A DNA stretch of 46,336 nt from Octopus bimaculoides (Eukaryota): the NCBI RefSeq assembly GCF_001194135.2, contig NC_068984.1:141939161-141985496 (forward strand). The letters are read 5' to 3'. Below the pieces are notes generated by a model. That model searched no databases, had not been told where the DNA came from, and saw only the letters and a list, made by a program, of their open reading frames with translations. Both the position numbers and the translations under genes were made by a program. Shown one piece after another: positions 1 through 12,310 of the stretch (the stretch's first letter is position 1; every line of letters begins with the position of its first letter).

Positions 1-44
1 AGGGTATTTGTATATTTGTGCAGCCTCCATCAAAAAGACTTGGT

Positions 45-206
45 TTATTTCTGTATCTCTTCAGTAATTCTTAAGTTTTCTTCTTCTTTCTTTACATCAT
101 TGTTTTTTTCTTCTTTCTTTACATCATTGTTTTTTTCTTCTTCGTCTTTCATAGAGATTTCTTTCTGTTGGTCCTTCACTTTTACAGCAGCCACTAATTC
201 CTGCTG
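45..206 (-). CDS. Candidate terminal coding exon, K/E-rich (QQELVAAVKVKDQQKEISMKDEEEKNNDVKKEEKNNDVKKEEENLRITEEIQK*)
   Basis: 53 open codons ending in TAA (45-47), an in-frame 27-nt tandem duplication, and tandem TAG/CAG/CAG possible acceptors at 201-209. Polypyrimidine tract is weak and no homology was recognised. Confidence 0.3.
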   Translation of the reverse strand, partial: QQELVAAVKVKDQQKEISMKDEEEKNNDVKKEEKNNDVKKEEENLRITEEIQK

Positions 207-571
207 CTAATAACTTACGTCATTAATAGTCGTAACTGATGCAAAGATGAGGCTCTGGACAACTCTGGACAACTCTATGTATAAAACTGTATATGACAAT
301 AACTGTTTTTCTTTTTTACATGGCTTAAGCACATTGTGCTCTTATGTTGCCAATAAATTCGATTTGATTTGATTTGATTTGAAACATAAAAATGTCAATT
401 AATAAAAAATAGAAACCCTCACAAATTATAATAAATATAAAACGATATTTTATGGTGTGTCTATTTACTTCTGTCATGTCTGTGTATATATATATATATT
501 TATACATGAATGTACATAAACATACTGTACACACACGCGCACGCGCGTGCATGCATATATGTATATATCTT

Positions 572-892
572 CTCATTATTTACTTGCTTCAGTCATTAGA
601 TTACAGCCATGCTGGAGCACCGTCTTAAATAATTTTAATCGAACGAATCGACCCCAGTACTTACTTTTCAATTAAGACTGGTACTTATTTTATCGGCCTG
701 TTTTGCTGAACCACTAAGTTACGGGGACGTAAACACACCAACAGCAGTTGTCGGTGAGCTTCCGTCAACCAAATTCACTCGACCCAAAGCTTTAGTAGAA
801 GACACTTGCCCAAGGTGTCACGCATTGCGACCGAACCTGCAACCATGTGGTTGGGTTGGGAAGCAAAATTCTTACCACACAAACATTCCTGT
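572..892 (-). mobile_element. SINE family A, diverged copy lacking the internal microsatellite
   Basis: Reverse complement matches head, core and tail (GGTGCTCCAGCATGGC...ATGACTGAAGCAAGTAAA) of the copy at 23661-24140. Confidence 0.8.
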
Positions 893-954
893 ACACTCAC
901 ACAGACACACATACGCAGACAGAGATAGATAAAGAGATTGTCAGATTGAGAGAT

Positions 955-974
955 TGTTAGATAGAGAGATAAAC

Positions 975-1021
<47 letters not shown>

Positions 1022-1160
1022 AAGGTAGATAAATAGAAAAATAGATAGATAGATAGATAGAAAGGTAGATAAATAGAAAGATAGATATATAGATATATGG
1101 ATGGATAGATGATGGATGATCTACTAACGATAGACAGATATGGATAGATAGGTAGATCGA
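955..1160 (+). repeat. (GATA)n compound microsatellite
   Basis: Direct reading. Confidence 0.9.
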
Positions 1161-1392
1161 TATATGTTCACGTGTGTATGTTTCTACGCATTTGTGTGTA
1201 CAGTGGAATCCGCTTATTATGATCATCCATAATATTATTCAAAATATTAAATCTCAAAGTGATCACAATTAGCAGGTTTCACTACACATGCATGTACGCT
1301 CACACACTTTCACACATATATACATGACCCCCACACACAAACACACACAAGAACACACACACACGAACACACACACAAACGCAGACACACAC

Positions 1393-1425
<33 letters not shown>

Positions 1426-1430
<5 letters not shown>

Positions 1431-1644
1431 CCGTTAGCACACCGGGCGAAATGCTTAGCGGTATTTCGTCTGCCCGCTACGTTCTGAGTTCAAATTCCGC
1501 CGAGGTCGACTTTGCCTTTCATCCTTTCGGGGTCGATTAAATAAGTACCAGTTACGCACTGGGGTCGATATAATCGATTTAATCCGTTTGTCTGTCCTTG
1601 TTTGTCCCCTCTGTGTGTAGCCCCTTGTGGGTAGTAAAGAAATA
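1426..1644 (+). mobile_element. SINE family B with tail type 1, between (CA)n tracts
   Basis: Near-identical to 26952-27190 (GTTAGCAC..GAGTTCAAATTCC..CCTTTCATCCTTTCGGGGTCGAT..CCCCTTGTGGG). Confidence 0.85.
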
Positions 1645-1701
1645 ACACACAGACACACACACACAGACACACACACAGACACACACACACACACATACAC
1701 A

Positions 1702-1797
<96 letters not shown>

Positions 1798-3151
1798 TAT
1801 ATATATATATATAAAACATATCTTCATATTTGACGAACTAAATCTAGTTGTGGTAATATGAATTTCGTTCCTTGTAATGATAGAAAAGAAGGAATTAAAG
1901 AATGAAGAAAAATGAAGAAAATCTTGAAATGAAAGAGCAACGAAGATAAAAAAAAAAAGAAAACGAGATTTCTGGGACAAGAAAAAGAAATGAAGTATAT
2001 AAATAAAGAAGATAAAATATTGAAAGAATTTGGAGTAGAAGTAAGATTGAAAATAACGAATGAGAATCGATAAAGAAAAACAAAATTGAGTGAAATGAAA
2101 AAAATAAGAAATAACAAGAAAATGCGTCTGTAAGGAAAATGTTAAGACACTGACGGAATAACGAAATCTGATAAGGAAGAAGAGAGAAGATTATGATTGA
2201 TAGGAATGAAATGGAGAGAAAAAATTAGAAATAATTGAAATAGCATAATGAAACGAAGAAGAGATAAATGCGCGCACATACACATACACACGCACACACA
2301 AAAATATATACGCACAGAGATATAGGTCTATTCACACCATAGATGGAGACATACACATAGGCATGCAGTCATCGAAGAAAGAATTATTCAAATGAAAGAA
2401 TACAGGAAGAATTCTTTCGAGGGAAAAACTAATGTAGAGGAGGAAGAACCACGCACATTCAGCGAAAGAAGAAAATATATTAAATGAAAGAATTTAGAAA
2501 GAAATCCAGAGAACTAAACCAACAATACCAAAATAAAGAATGAAAGAAGAAAGAAAACAACATTTAAAAATTAAAGAAATAAAGCATCAAATAAAAGAAG
2601 AAAGAAAGACAAATAAACAAAGCAGGTGGAAGAAAGAGAACGAGGGTTAGGGGTTTGGCGGAGAAGATGGCGGTGAATGGATAGAAAAAGAAGGCGATGT
2701 TTCGTGAGCCAAGTCGGTTGGCAGGAAACATTTTCTTGCGCATTGCTTCCAAATTAATCAGAGAACTATTCTTCATATTGGTTCTCTTTTGTCCAAGTTG
2801 GTTCTAGGCTTGCCAGAAGCTAACAGAACGAAGTCGACTTCGCTCTGGGAATAATGGCGTGACAAGAATTCCATGACATTGAGCAGTTAACACAACAGAA
2901 CAGAACAGAGAGCAGGCACAGAAGAGGCGGAGGAGGTGGTGCTGGTGGTGGAGAGTGGTAGTATTAGTATTAGTAGTAATGGTGGTGGTGGTGTTTGAAG
3001 GAGAGGAAACGGCAGAAAGGGAAAATGGAAAAGAAGAAAAAGAACAAGAAATATGTCGGAATAAAGGACAATAGTTACATCAGCAGGAGCAGTTACAACA
3101 ACTACAACACCATAACAGCAGTGATGTCAGCTACAACAACAACTGCAACAT

Positions 3152-3186
<35 letters not shown>

Positions 3187-3873
3187 AGCAATAAAAACTT
3201 AAAAATGAAAATCCATTTCACGATCATCGACATAACCACCATCATTAGCCTCACTGCCATAGACTTCTCCGTCACCACTATTTGACTATGATGAAAATGA
3301 CAACGGAATAATAACAATGAATACGTGANNNNNNNNNNNNNNNNNNNNNNNNNNNNNNNNNNNNNNNNNNNNNNNNNNNNNNNNNNNNNNNNNNNNNNNN
3401 NNNNNNNNNNNNNNNNNNNNNNNNNNNNNNNNNNNNNNNNNNNNNNNNNNNNNNNNNNNNNNNNNNNNNNNNNNNNNNNNNNNNNNNNNNNNNNNNNNNN
3501 NNNNNNNNNNNNNNNNNNNNNNNNNNNNNNNNNNNNNNNNNNNNNNNNNNNNNNNNNNNNNNNNNNNNNNNNNNNNNNNNNNNNNNNNNNNNNNNNNNNN
3601 NNNNNNNNNNNNNNNNNNNNNNNNNNNNNNNNNNNNNNNNNNNNNNNNNNNNNNNNNNNNNNNNNNNNNNNNNNNNNNNNNNNNNNNNNNNNNNNNNNNN
3701 NNNNNNNNNNNNNNNNNNNNNNNNNNNNNNNNNNNNNNNNNNNNNNNNNNTCACATGATTTTGTAAATGAACAATCTTGTTTGTTTATTTTAATGGCCTA
3801 CCAATGTATACAGTGAGTTTCTTTGTCCAAGGTGCGGAAACAAAATTTAAAGAATATACACGTGTGTGTGTGT

Positions 3874-3938
<65 letters not shown>

Positions 3939-3964
3939 TATGTTTGCGTGTTTGTGTGTATGTG

Positions 3965-4160
3965 TATGTATTTGTGTCAGTGTTTGTCTCCCACCACCGC
4001 TTCATAATCGTCCCTGTAACGTAGCGTTTCGTCAAGAGAGACAGATCAAGTTCCAGACTTAAAAAAATAAAATACTGCTGCCAATTGGAGTAAAAAATTG
4101 TTCAAGGCGTTACCCCAGCATGGCCGCAGTCTAATGACTGAAACAAGTAAATTATAAAAT
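3965..4160 (+). mobile_element. SINE family A, diverged 3' half
   Basis: Tail CCAGCATGGCCGCAGTCTAATGACTGAAACAAGTAAA, downstream of a (TG)n tract. Confidence 0.75.
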
Positions 4161-4199
4161 ATATAAGATTTATGTACCAACTATCTATTCAACCGAATA

Positions 4200-5020
4200 A
4201 ACTTAGGAAATTATCAAGTAATGAAATTGTTGGTCAATGAAATTATGTAACAAGCAGGCGATAACTTTAGCACGCGATGAATTTACTGGTTATAAAATTA
4301 TCAGCAGATAAAATTGCTGATAATGAAATTAACCGGTGAAAAAATTCTAGATGATCAAATTGTCCACGATAAAATTACCAAGCGATGAATTCACACGCAA
4401 TTTAATTATAGGGCGATGAAATTCCAGGCAGTGAATTTACCAGGCGATGAATTTGTACACAATTTAATTATCAGGTGATGAAATTGCAAGCGCTGAAATT
4501 ACCAGGCAATAACTTTGCAGGAACTTTAACAGGTGATTAAATTAACGGGTGCTGAAGTTCCAAGCAGTGTATTTATCAGGCGATGAACTGGTAGGCGGTG
4601 AAATTATCAGGTGCTGAAATCGCAAGCAATAAATTTGTCAGGCGATGAATTTGCACGCAATTTAATTTTCAGGTGATGAAATTGCAAGCGCTGAAATTAC
4701 CAGGCAATAAATTTTCAGGAACTTTGTTTATCAGGTGATTAAATTATCGGGTGCTGAAATTGCAAGCAATGAATTTTCCATGCGATGAATTTACTTGTAA
4801 TTAAATTATCAGGCGACGATATTGGAAGCAACGAAATTACCAGGCGATGACATTGTAGGTGATGAAATTATCAGGTGAAGCAATGAATTTGCCAGACCTC
4901 GAATTGGCTGGCAATTTAATTTCTTGGCGATAAAATTGCAAGCAATGAAATTACTAGGTGAGAAATTTACAGATGGTCAAACTGTAAGCGATGAAATCCC
5001 TAGGCGGGAAAATTGCTTGG
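4200..5020 (+). repeat. Degenerate 15-16 nt minisatellite (GCGATGAAATTACCAG-like) with a ~197-bp higher-order duplication
   Basis: About 50 recurring GATGAAATT/GCTGAAATT units; the blocks starting near 4445 and 4642 align. Confidence 0.85.
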
Positions 5021-5334
5021 TGAGATAGTTTACATGATATAAAATACTCGCTGTGAGATTAAAAAAAAAAGGGTTATTTAGCCCTATCTCTGTACAGCGA
5101 TCTAAATGAACGGGGTCACACAAATTCCGACATTGCTATTTGGAATCCCTGCTGCATTTTTTCACTTCTGTTGCAGCCAAATGTACGCCATTCTTGTTTC
5201 CTTTCTTACCGCAATTTTTGTTGTTGTTGTTATTGCTCATGTTAACTAATCCTTATCTTCATTGCCATTGTTTCTTAAATGGAGTCAAAGAGTCTTTTTC
5301 AGAGGCTATTATGGTCCCACTTTAGAATACTTAC

Positions 5335-5424
5335 CAAAAGGCATTTTAGCAACTGTGAGAATAATTTTTCTCGAATACCTTATTGAAATTAATTGAGGAA
5401 CATCAAACAATTCGAGATGATTGT
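5335..5424 (-). CDS. Candidate 90-nt phase-1/phase-1 internal exon (NHLELFDVPQLISIRYSRKIILTVAKMPF)
   Basis: Pyrimidine-rich AAG acceptor, strong TG|GTAAGTA donor, exactly one open frame. No homology recognised. Confidence 0.22.
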
Positions 5425-5942
5425 CTTGCCGAAGGAAACAATTTGAAGCAGAGAAAAAATTATCAAGATGAGATATTTTTTTGACTGAAGCAAATAAAAC
5501 TTGATAACATTTTGTTTACAAATATATTTTTACTTATGCTTATATATATTTTTTAATATATTTATGATTGTTTTTATGTTGTTGCTTTTTTTTTTGTATT
5601 GGTTGATTAATTACTTATTAATGGCATAAACACCTCCACAGCCGGAGGACACTTGGCGATATTAGTGTCAAAGACAATTAAATGATGGAATGGAAGTGGT
5701 TGCGAATGTGATTTATCAGACATTAGCACGTGAATATAACTGGGGTAATCATCCTAAAATGAGCAGCAGCATCGGTAGCAGCAGCATCGGTGAGAATTTG
5801 GATGATGATGGTGATGATGATGAGGAGGTGAAAGAGAAAGAGGGTGACACAGGTGGGGGAGAGGAAAAATAAAACGTCTGACAATAATATTTTTTTTCAT
5901 TGATCAAGTGATATATTTTACAGAGAACGTACAATAGTCACG

Positions 5943-6135
5943 CCGGCGTGGTTATTGATTAAAAAGCTTGCCCTTCAAGACATGGATTTCTAGGTTCGAT
6001 CTCGCACCGTGTAACCTTTCTGAAGTGTCTTCTCTTAAATATTCTCTTGTAAACGAGTACCTTGTGAGTGGAAATTCGTAGATGGAAACTATGCTGAAGC
6101 ACCGCATTTCGAGGTCGGTAAAATAAAATACCTAT
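5943..6135 (+). mobile_element. Old SINE A-related fragment
   Basis: GGTTCGATC box, AAGTGTCTTCT and CCTTGTGAGTGGA..GATGGAAACT motifs shared with family A. Confidence 0.55.
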
Positions 6136-6249
6136 CAAGAGAGGTAGAAAGGAATTTTGTCTTTTTCTGGGGGGGGGGGGATAAAATAAAGTAGCGATTA
6201 AGTACAAGGGGTCAATGTTGCAGGTTAGCCCCTTCCCTTAAAATTGTTG

Positions 6250-6327
6250 ACCGTCATCACCATCGCCATCGTTATCGTCATCGTCAACATCATCATCACC
6301 ATCATCATCATCACCATCGTCGTCGTT

Positions 6328-6382
<55 letters not shown>

Positions 6383-6482
6383 ACATCCTCGTCGTCGTCA
6401 TCCACCACCGCCGCCGCCACCAACATCACCACCACCACCACCAACGCTGCCGCCGTCATCGTCATCATCATCAATAACATTA
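6250..6482 (+). repeat. Mixed (CAT/CGT/CAC)n trinucleotide tract
   Basis: Direct reading. Confidence 0.9.
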
Positions 6483-7104
6483 TCAGCAGATGAGATTGCA
6501 CGTTACAAACGCAATCTGTAAGCGGAACAGTAAAAGTATGCGAGACTTTCCTCAGTTTTAGAATGTGACATTGGTTTTGTCATCTACATTCCAAACAGGG
6601 AGCTTTGTATCTTCGTCAGACACCAACTCCTTGTTTAGAGGAAGAATTTAAATAATTAAAAATAGAAAAGAACCATACAGACAGACAGACAGACAGATAC
6701 CAAAATAGATAGACAGAGAGAGATTTGTATGTTTGCGCATGCATGTATATTCCAAACAAACCATTGACAATTCACAAGGAAACATGGAAAAGCAGCCATG
6801 GAAAACCTTTCTCCGTACATGCATATATATGGTTGAATGTATGCATGTATGTTAATGTGTATGTATATATAAATATATGTATGTATTTATTTATCTATCA
6901 ATATACAAGCATACACACACACATCACACGCACACACATCACACACACACACACAAACACACAAACATATGTGCGTCTTTCTGTGTGTTGGAGCAGAAGG
7001 TGGTAGAAATGTGAGACCAGGTGAAATAGGAAAGAAAACCTACAATTCAAGCCAAGAGGGTGAGAGGGAGGAGAACTCAAAGAGAGAGAGAGAGAGATAG
7101 AAGA

Positions 7105-7165
<61 letters not shown>

Positions 7166-7536
7166 TAGTGACGGAGGGTGTGTGTGGGAGGGAGAGTGGG
7201 TAAGAGTTAGAGCAGAGATGAGCTTGAATAATTTCTTAAATTGGTCAGCAAATTGAGAGTAAAATTTACCTGGAGACATACAGAATCACATGACCTACAC
7301 GAACACACTCGTTTTTATGTCTCCTTTTCTGTCTGTCTGTCTGTATGTATGTATGTACGTGTGTTCGTATGTATATACACAGATGTCAGCACAAGCACAT
7401 ACACACATATATATACACATATATATATACACATACACACATATATATACACATACACACACCTGTGTGTATATATACATATATATATATACTATTAATA
7501 TATGAATATACACGTGTGTATATGTATATATCTATT

Positions 7537-7580
<44 letters not shown>

Positions 7581-7679
7581 TAATATATATATATAGGCAT
7601 GTTCCTATATATATTATATATATATATATACATGCATACACACACGCATATTTATATACACATGCACACATATATGAAC

Positions 7680-7722
<43 letters not shown>

Positions 7723-7864
7723 CATATGAGTGTATGCATGCATGTATGTATGTCTGTCTATCAATATGGTTCATTGATTTGTTTAAAATCTACTCGTCAC
7801 CGACATATACATACGTTTTGATGTAGATGTCTCGTGTCCATTGAGTGTCGACATTCACTTCCCA

Positions 7865-7895
<31 letters not shown>

Positions 7896-8018
7896 TATAT
7901 GCTTATACTATCTATGTATCTCTCTGTGTGTGCGTGTATATATATGTGTATGCGTATATATATATATATGTGTATACATATATACATACAGATATATGTA
8001 CACACACATACGCACGCC

Positions 8019-8061
<43 letters not shown>

Positions 8062-8574
8062 TCACATAGACTGAGTTAGATACACTTATTAATGATGTAT
8101 AATAGGCTATCGGGCAAGAAACATANNNNNNNNNNNNNNNNNNNNNNNNNNNNNNNNNNNNNNNNNNNNNNNNNNNNNNNNNNNNNNNNNNNNNNNNNNN
8201 NNNNNNNNNNNNNNNNNNNNNNNNNNNNNNNNNNNNNNNNNNNNNNNNNNNNNNNNNNNNNNNNNNNNNNNNNNNNNNNNNNNNNNNNNNNNNNNNNNNN
8301 NNNNNNNNNNNNNNNNNNNNNNNNNNNNNNNNNNNNNNNNNNNNNNNNNNNNNNNNNNNNNNNNNNNNNNNNNNNNNNNNNNNNNNNNNNNNNNNNNNNN
8401 NNNNNNNNNNNNNNNNNNNNNNNNNNNNNNNNNNNNNNNNNNNNNNNNNNNNNNNNNNNNNNNNNNNNNNNNNNNNNNNNNNNNNNNNNNNNNNNNNNNN
8501 NNNNNNNNNNNNNNNNNNNNNNNNNNNNNNNNNCAACACTGTCTGTTTTTTATGTTTTATTTATATTCCTGCAG

Positions 8575-8636
<62 letters not shown>

Positions 8637-9138
8637 TTAAATAGATAACGAGAGAAATAAAGAACGCAAAACGAAAAACAATAAAGAAATATGGAAAAAG
8701 AAATAAAAGCAGAAGGCAGTAGACAATATGTTGGACTCTTCCAAATGAAGAGAGAACGATTAAGGTGTCCTTCTTCATCCAATGAAGTTTAATTGACCAA
8801 AATCTAAAACCACGCTCAACAGTTTACATGTTAATATGGTGGACAGTTTGAGAACGAGGCAAGCGGGCAAATTTAATCACTCGCTAGAGAAGCTGTTGTA
8901 TTTAGACTCGATTGTAAGCACGTAACAATGAGTAAGCAAGCGTGGCAATGCTCACACGTTTGGAAAAAAATGTCGTAAATTGCTGCTAATATGTCTATAG
9001 CCCGTTGTGTATGTATGTGTAGTTGGGCATGCGCACGCAAACCTATATGCAGGAATACATAGATAGATGCATATGCATGTATGTGTGCGTGTGCAATGTG
9101 TACGCGTGTGTGTGTGTGTGTGTGTGGATAATAGTACC

Positions 9139-9176
<38 letters not shown>

Positions 9177-9182
9177 TGTGTG

Positions 9183-9220
<38 letters not shown>

Positions 9221-9316
9221 CACACGCATAATATACGGACACTATTATAATTGTATATAAATCTTGAGAAATACATTCACATAAGCATAGATATGCAGAC
9301 ACCACACACACACACT

Positions 9317-9359
<43 letters not shown>

Positions 9360-10191
9360 AAACAGAATATATACTTATACCCCCTCACGGGCATACATAA
9401 GGCACACCCACATACACACATAAGCCCATACATTTATATATGTATACGCACGTACACGCACACACACACACACATACGCATATCAAGAGACAGCTGCAAA
9501 TGTCTATTTGATACACAGAAGCTTTGGAATGGTAAAAGTTTTGCGTTTCTGCACAGAAAGGAGACAGCGAACCATTAGAATGTGTTACCATGTGAGAATA
9601 TAAACTGAATATTAACCATTGAGACGGAGGAGATGAATTGTCATATACATACATACATACATACATACATTCAAGCAAAAATAGTCTGTTGTTGAAATTC
9701 CAATGAAGGAGACTTCGATCTAGGTTAGAAACCGGCTCTTTCTCTATTGCCAAGAAATCTTGAAATAAACTGAATAATGACATGCATACATATATATACA
9801 TATACATACACATATGTGAATATATATATATATATTACACACATATATCTATATATANNNNNNNNNNNNNNNNNNNNNNNNNNNNNNNNNNNNNNNNNNN
9901 NNNNNNNNNNNNNNNNNNNNNNNNNNNNNNNNNNNNNNNNNNNNNNNNNNNNNNNNNNNNNNNNNNNNNNNNNNNNNNNNNNNNNNNNNNNNNNNNNNNN
10001 NNNNNNNNNNNNNNNNNNNNNNNNNNNNNNNNNNNNNNNNNNNNNNNNNNNNNNNNNNNNNNNNNNNNNNNNNNNNNNNNNNNNNNNNNNNNNNNNNNNN
10101 NNNNNNNNNNNNNNNNNNNNNNNNNNNNNNNNNNNNNNNNNNNNNNNNNNNNNNNNNNNNNNNNNNNNNNNNNNNNNNNNNNNNNNNNNNN

Positions 10192-10243
<52 letters not shown>

Positions 10244-10257
10244 GTATATATGTATAT

Positions 10258-10450
10258 ATAATGGGATGAAATTTCTTTTCCTTCGTCTTCCTTTTCTATT
10301 GGACTTTCCTCTGTTGCTAAAGAAGAGCTTTGCTCGAAACGTTAAACCACTTTTCTTTCCTTCCCTGTGCGTTTGCGAATACTTTACACGTACCACGTCC
10401 TCGCGTTCCTGTCTTTTGCGTTTGTTCTTCGTTTTTTGGGGGATTTATTA
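10258..10450 (+). mobile_element. Short non-repetitive module inside microsatellite, carrying a minimal hammerhead-like motif (10313-10347); Penelope/retrozyme-like
   Basis: CTAAAGA-A-GAGC-ttt-GCTC-GAAAC-GT-T; one core substitution (G5A) relative to CUGANGA. Confidence 0.45.
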
Positions 10451-10974
10451 TACGTATGTATATATATACGTGTGTGTGTTTGTGTGTATATACATATATC
10501 TGTGTGTGTGTGTAGTTGATATTTCTTGATGTTTTTAACATGTTATTTTTGGGATGAGATATTGTGTTTCCTTTTCCTTTTATGAAAACTGTCAAATCTA
10601 GCCGCTACGCCCTGTATTTTCTGTAGTTATATATCTGCATTACATAAAAATCGGTTTAAAATCTGATCCTCATAAGGTTTCGTATTCCTTAATGTGTCAT
10701 TACTCGAACAGAACAGTTCATTACTTTAGTTCTGAAGCAGAGATTCCTATTTTGATGCGACCTGGGACTATACATATCCGAGAATACAAAACCAGTTGAC
10801 AACCTTTGGTCACACCGATCGAACTGTAATAAGGCTCTTCGCATACTTTAAATACTTGAGAATAATATTCCAATATGATCAAGGTCAGGATGGTTTCAAA
10901 CAGAGCAATCAATCAAAGAGCACAAACCCCGAAGAAGAAGTTAATCTGAAAAAATTCCCAGATCATAATAACAA

Positions 10975-11935
10975 TATATTTGTGTAATTTCACAGACTTT
11001 ATAAGAAGGACTTGTATAAAAATAGTGCAGCGTATGTATATACGGATCTTTTTTAAAACGGGGGCCACATTTTTCATTAACGAAACACTTTGAAACTTGG
11101 ATCACTGGTAGAATGTGTCATATAAAACATCTTTTTCTCTTAGTCTTCTTAAAAAAAAAAAGAAATCCATAAATTATTCCATGTTAAAGTTGTCGTATTT
11201 CTGTAATTTCAACCAATCACTGACGTCCATTCAGCCGATATACATTAAGTGCCGACTACATAAACAAACGATTCTGAAACAATTAACCCTAACCCTAACC
11301 CTAACTCGAACCCTAACCCTAACCCTAGGGTTAGAGTTAGGGTTAGGGTTAGGGTTAGGGTTAGGGTTAAAGCAAATTTAAAATGAAAAAAGCAAATAAA
11401 ACGAAGAATCGTTTGTTTATGTAGTCGGCACTTAATGTATATCGGCTGAATGGACGTCAGTGATTGGTTGAAATTATCGAAATAAGACAATTTTTTACAT
11501 GAAAAAAATTCGAATACAAAAATATTTTTCTGTTCTATAACACAAAATAGATAAGTATACGAAGTTTGAAAGTCTTTCGGTACCAAAAGCACTACGTAAA
11601 ACATTAATGAAAAATGTGGCCCCCGTTTTAAAAAAGATCCTTTATTTCTGCAATTTGCACATCTGACAAGAAGGACTTTTATACAAGTGACAATATATAT
11701 TTATTCCTGTAGCTTCACACATTTTATATGAAAGACTTGTATGTAATATGTTTTATTTGCTGCAGCTTTACGCACATTAAATGAAGGACTTGTATACAAT
11801 ATTATATATTTTATTTCTGTAACTTAACACATATGGCATCAACGATTTATCCACAATAATATTGCAAATGTGTTTTTACTGCTTCACACTTCTGACGCGA
11901 ACGACTTGTCCAAAACGATATTACATGTATTTCTC
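10975..11935 (+). repeat. Degenerate ~60-bp tandem repeat interrupted by the fold-back element
   Basis: Recurring TTTCTG(T/C)A..T(T/G)CACA...GAAGGACTTGTAT units at ~10975, 11641, 11700, 11753, 11810 and 11870. Confidence 0.6.
11044..11640. mobile_element. Non-autonomous fold-back DNA element (MITE) with a central telomeric palindrome
   Basis: Perfect 37-bp TIR (11044-11080/11604-11640), perfect 72-bp inner inverted repeat (11204-11275/11405-11476), central (TAACCC)7-(AGGGTT)7 at 11284-11368. No ORF. Confidence 0.9.
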
Positions 11936-12164
11936 TAAATTTAAATATATGACATAAGGGAATTGTAAAGGAGGTGTACAAAAAGATATTAAGTAGGTGT
12001 TTCTCAACGTTCACATATTTCACGTGAACAAGTTGCATAAAAATTGTATTACATGCTTCTTGTCAGAGAATATAGAAGCAAATATCAATACCAGCTGCAG
12101 AATCTTTCCAAACTTCCTGAGAAAACAAAACAATAAAGACTGTGATACAAGTTACTATTCTATA

Positions 12165-12310
12165 TTTTTGAGATGGAGAATTATGTACATAGTTTACAAC
12201 GGACGGACAGGTGTCCTCACCTTGTTCGTTGTTACCACAACGTTTCGGCTGATGTACTAAGAACACCTGATAAAGCCTGGAGAGTACATCAACCGAAACG
12301 TTGTAGTAAC
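12165..12310. mobile_element. Penelope-like element terminus in inverted duplication, with a degenerate hammerhead motif
   Basis: 28-bp inverted arms; CTGATAA...GAAACGTT core on +; 12165-12220 is homologous to 17058-17120. Confidence 0.55.

Noticed and set aside
4200-5020. CRISPR-like array
   Set aside because: No unique spacers, degenerate units, eukaryotic context, no cas genes.
5335-5480. piggyBac-like LDNFFS motif upstream of the exon candidate
   Set aside because: Only a short motif; the downstream GTVRxNR and other transposase blocks are not convincing.
9694-9745. Hammerhead-like CCAATGA...GAAACCGG module
   Set aside because: Two core changes, no GUH triplet and poor stems; at most a decayed relative.
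10740-10987. ~80-codon open frame (+)
   Set aside because: No recognisable homology or splice signals.
11284-11368. Ancestral telomere-telomere fusion scar
   Set aside because: Polarity is opposite to a fusion, and the array lies inside a TIR element.
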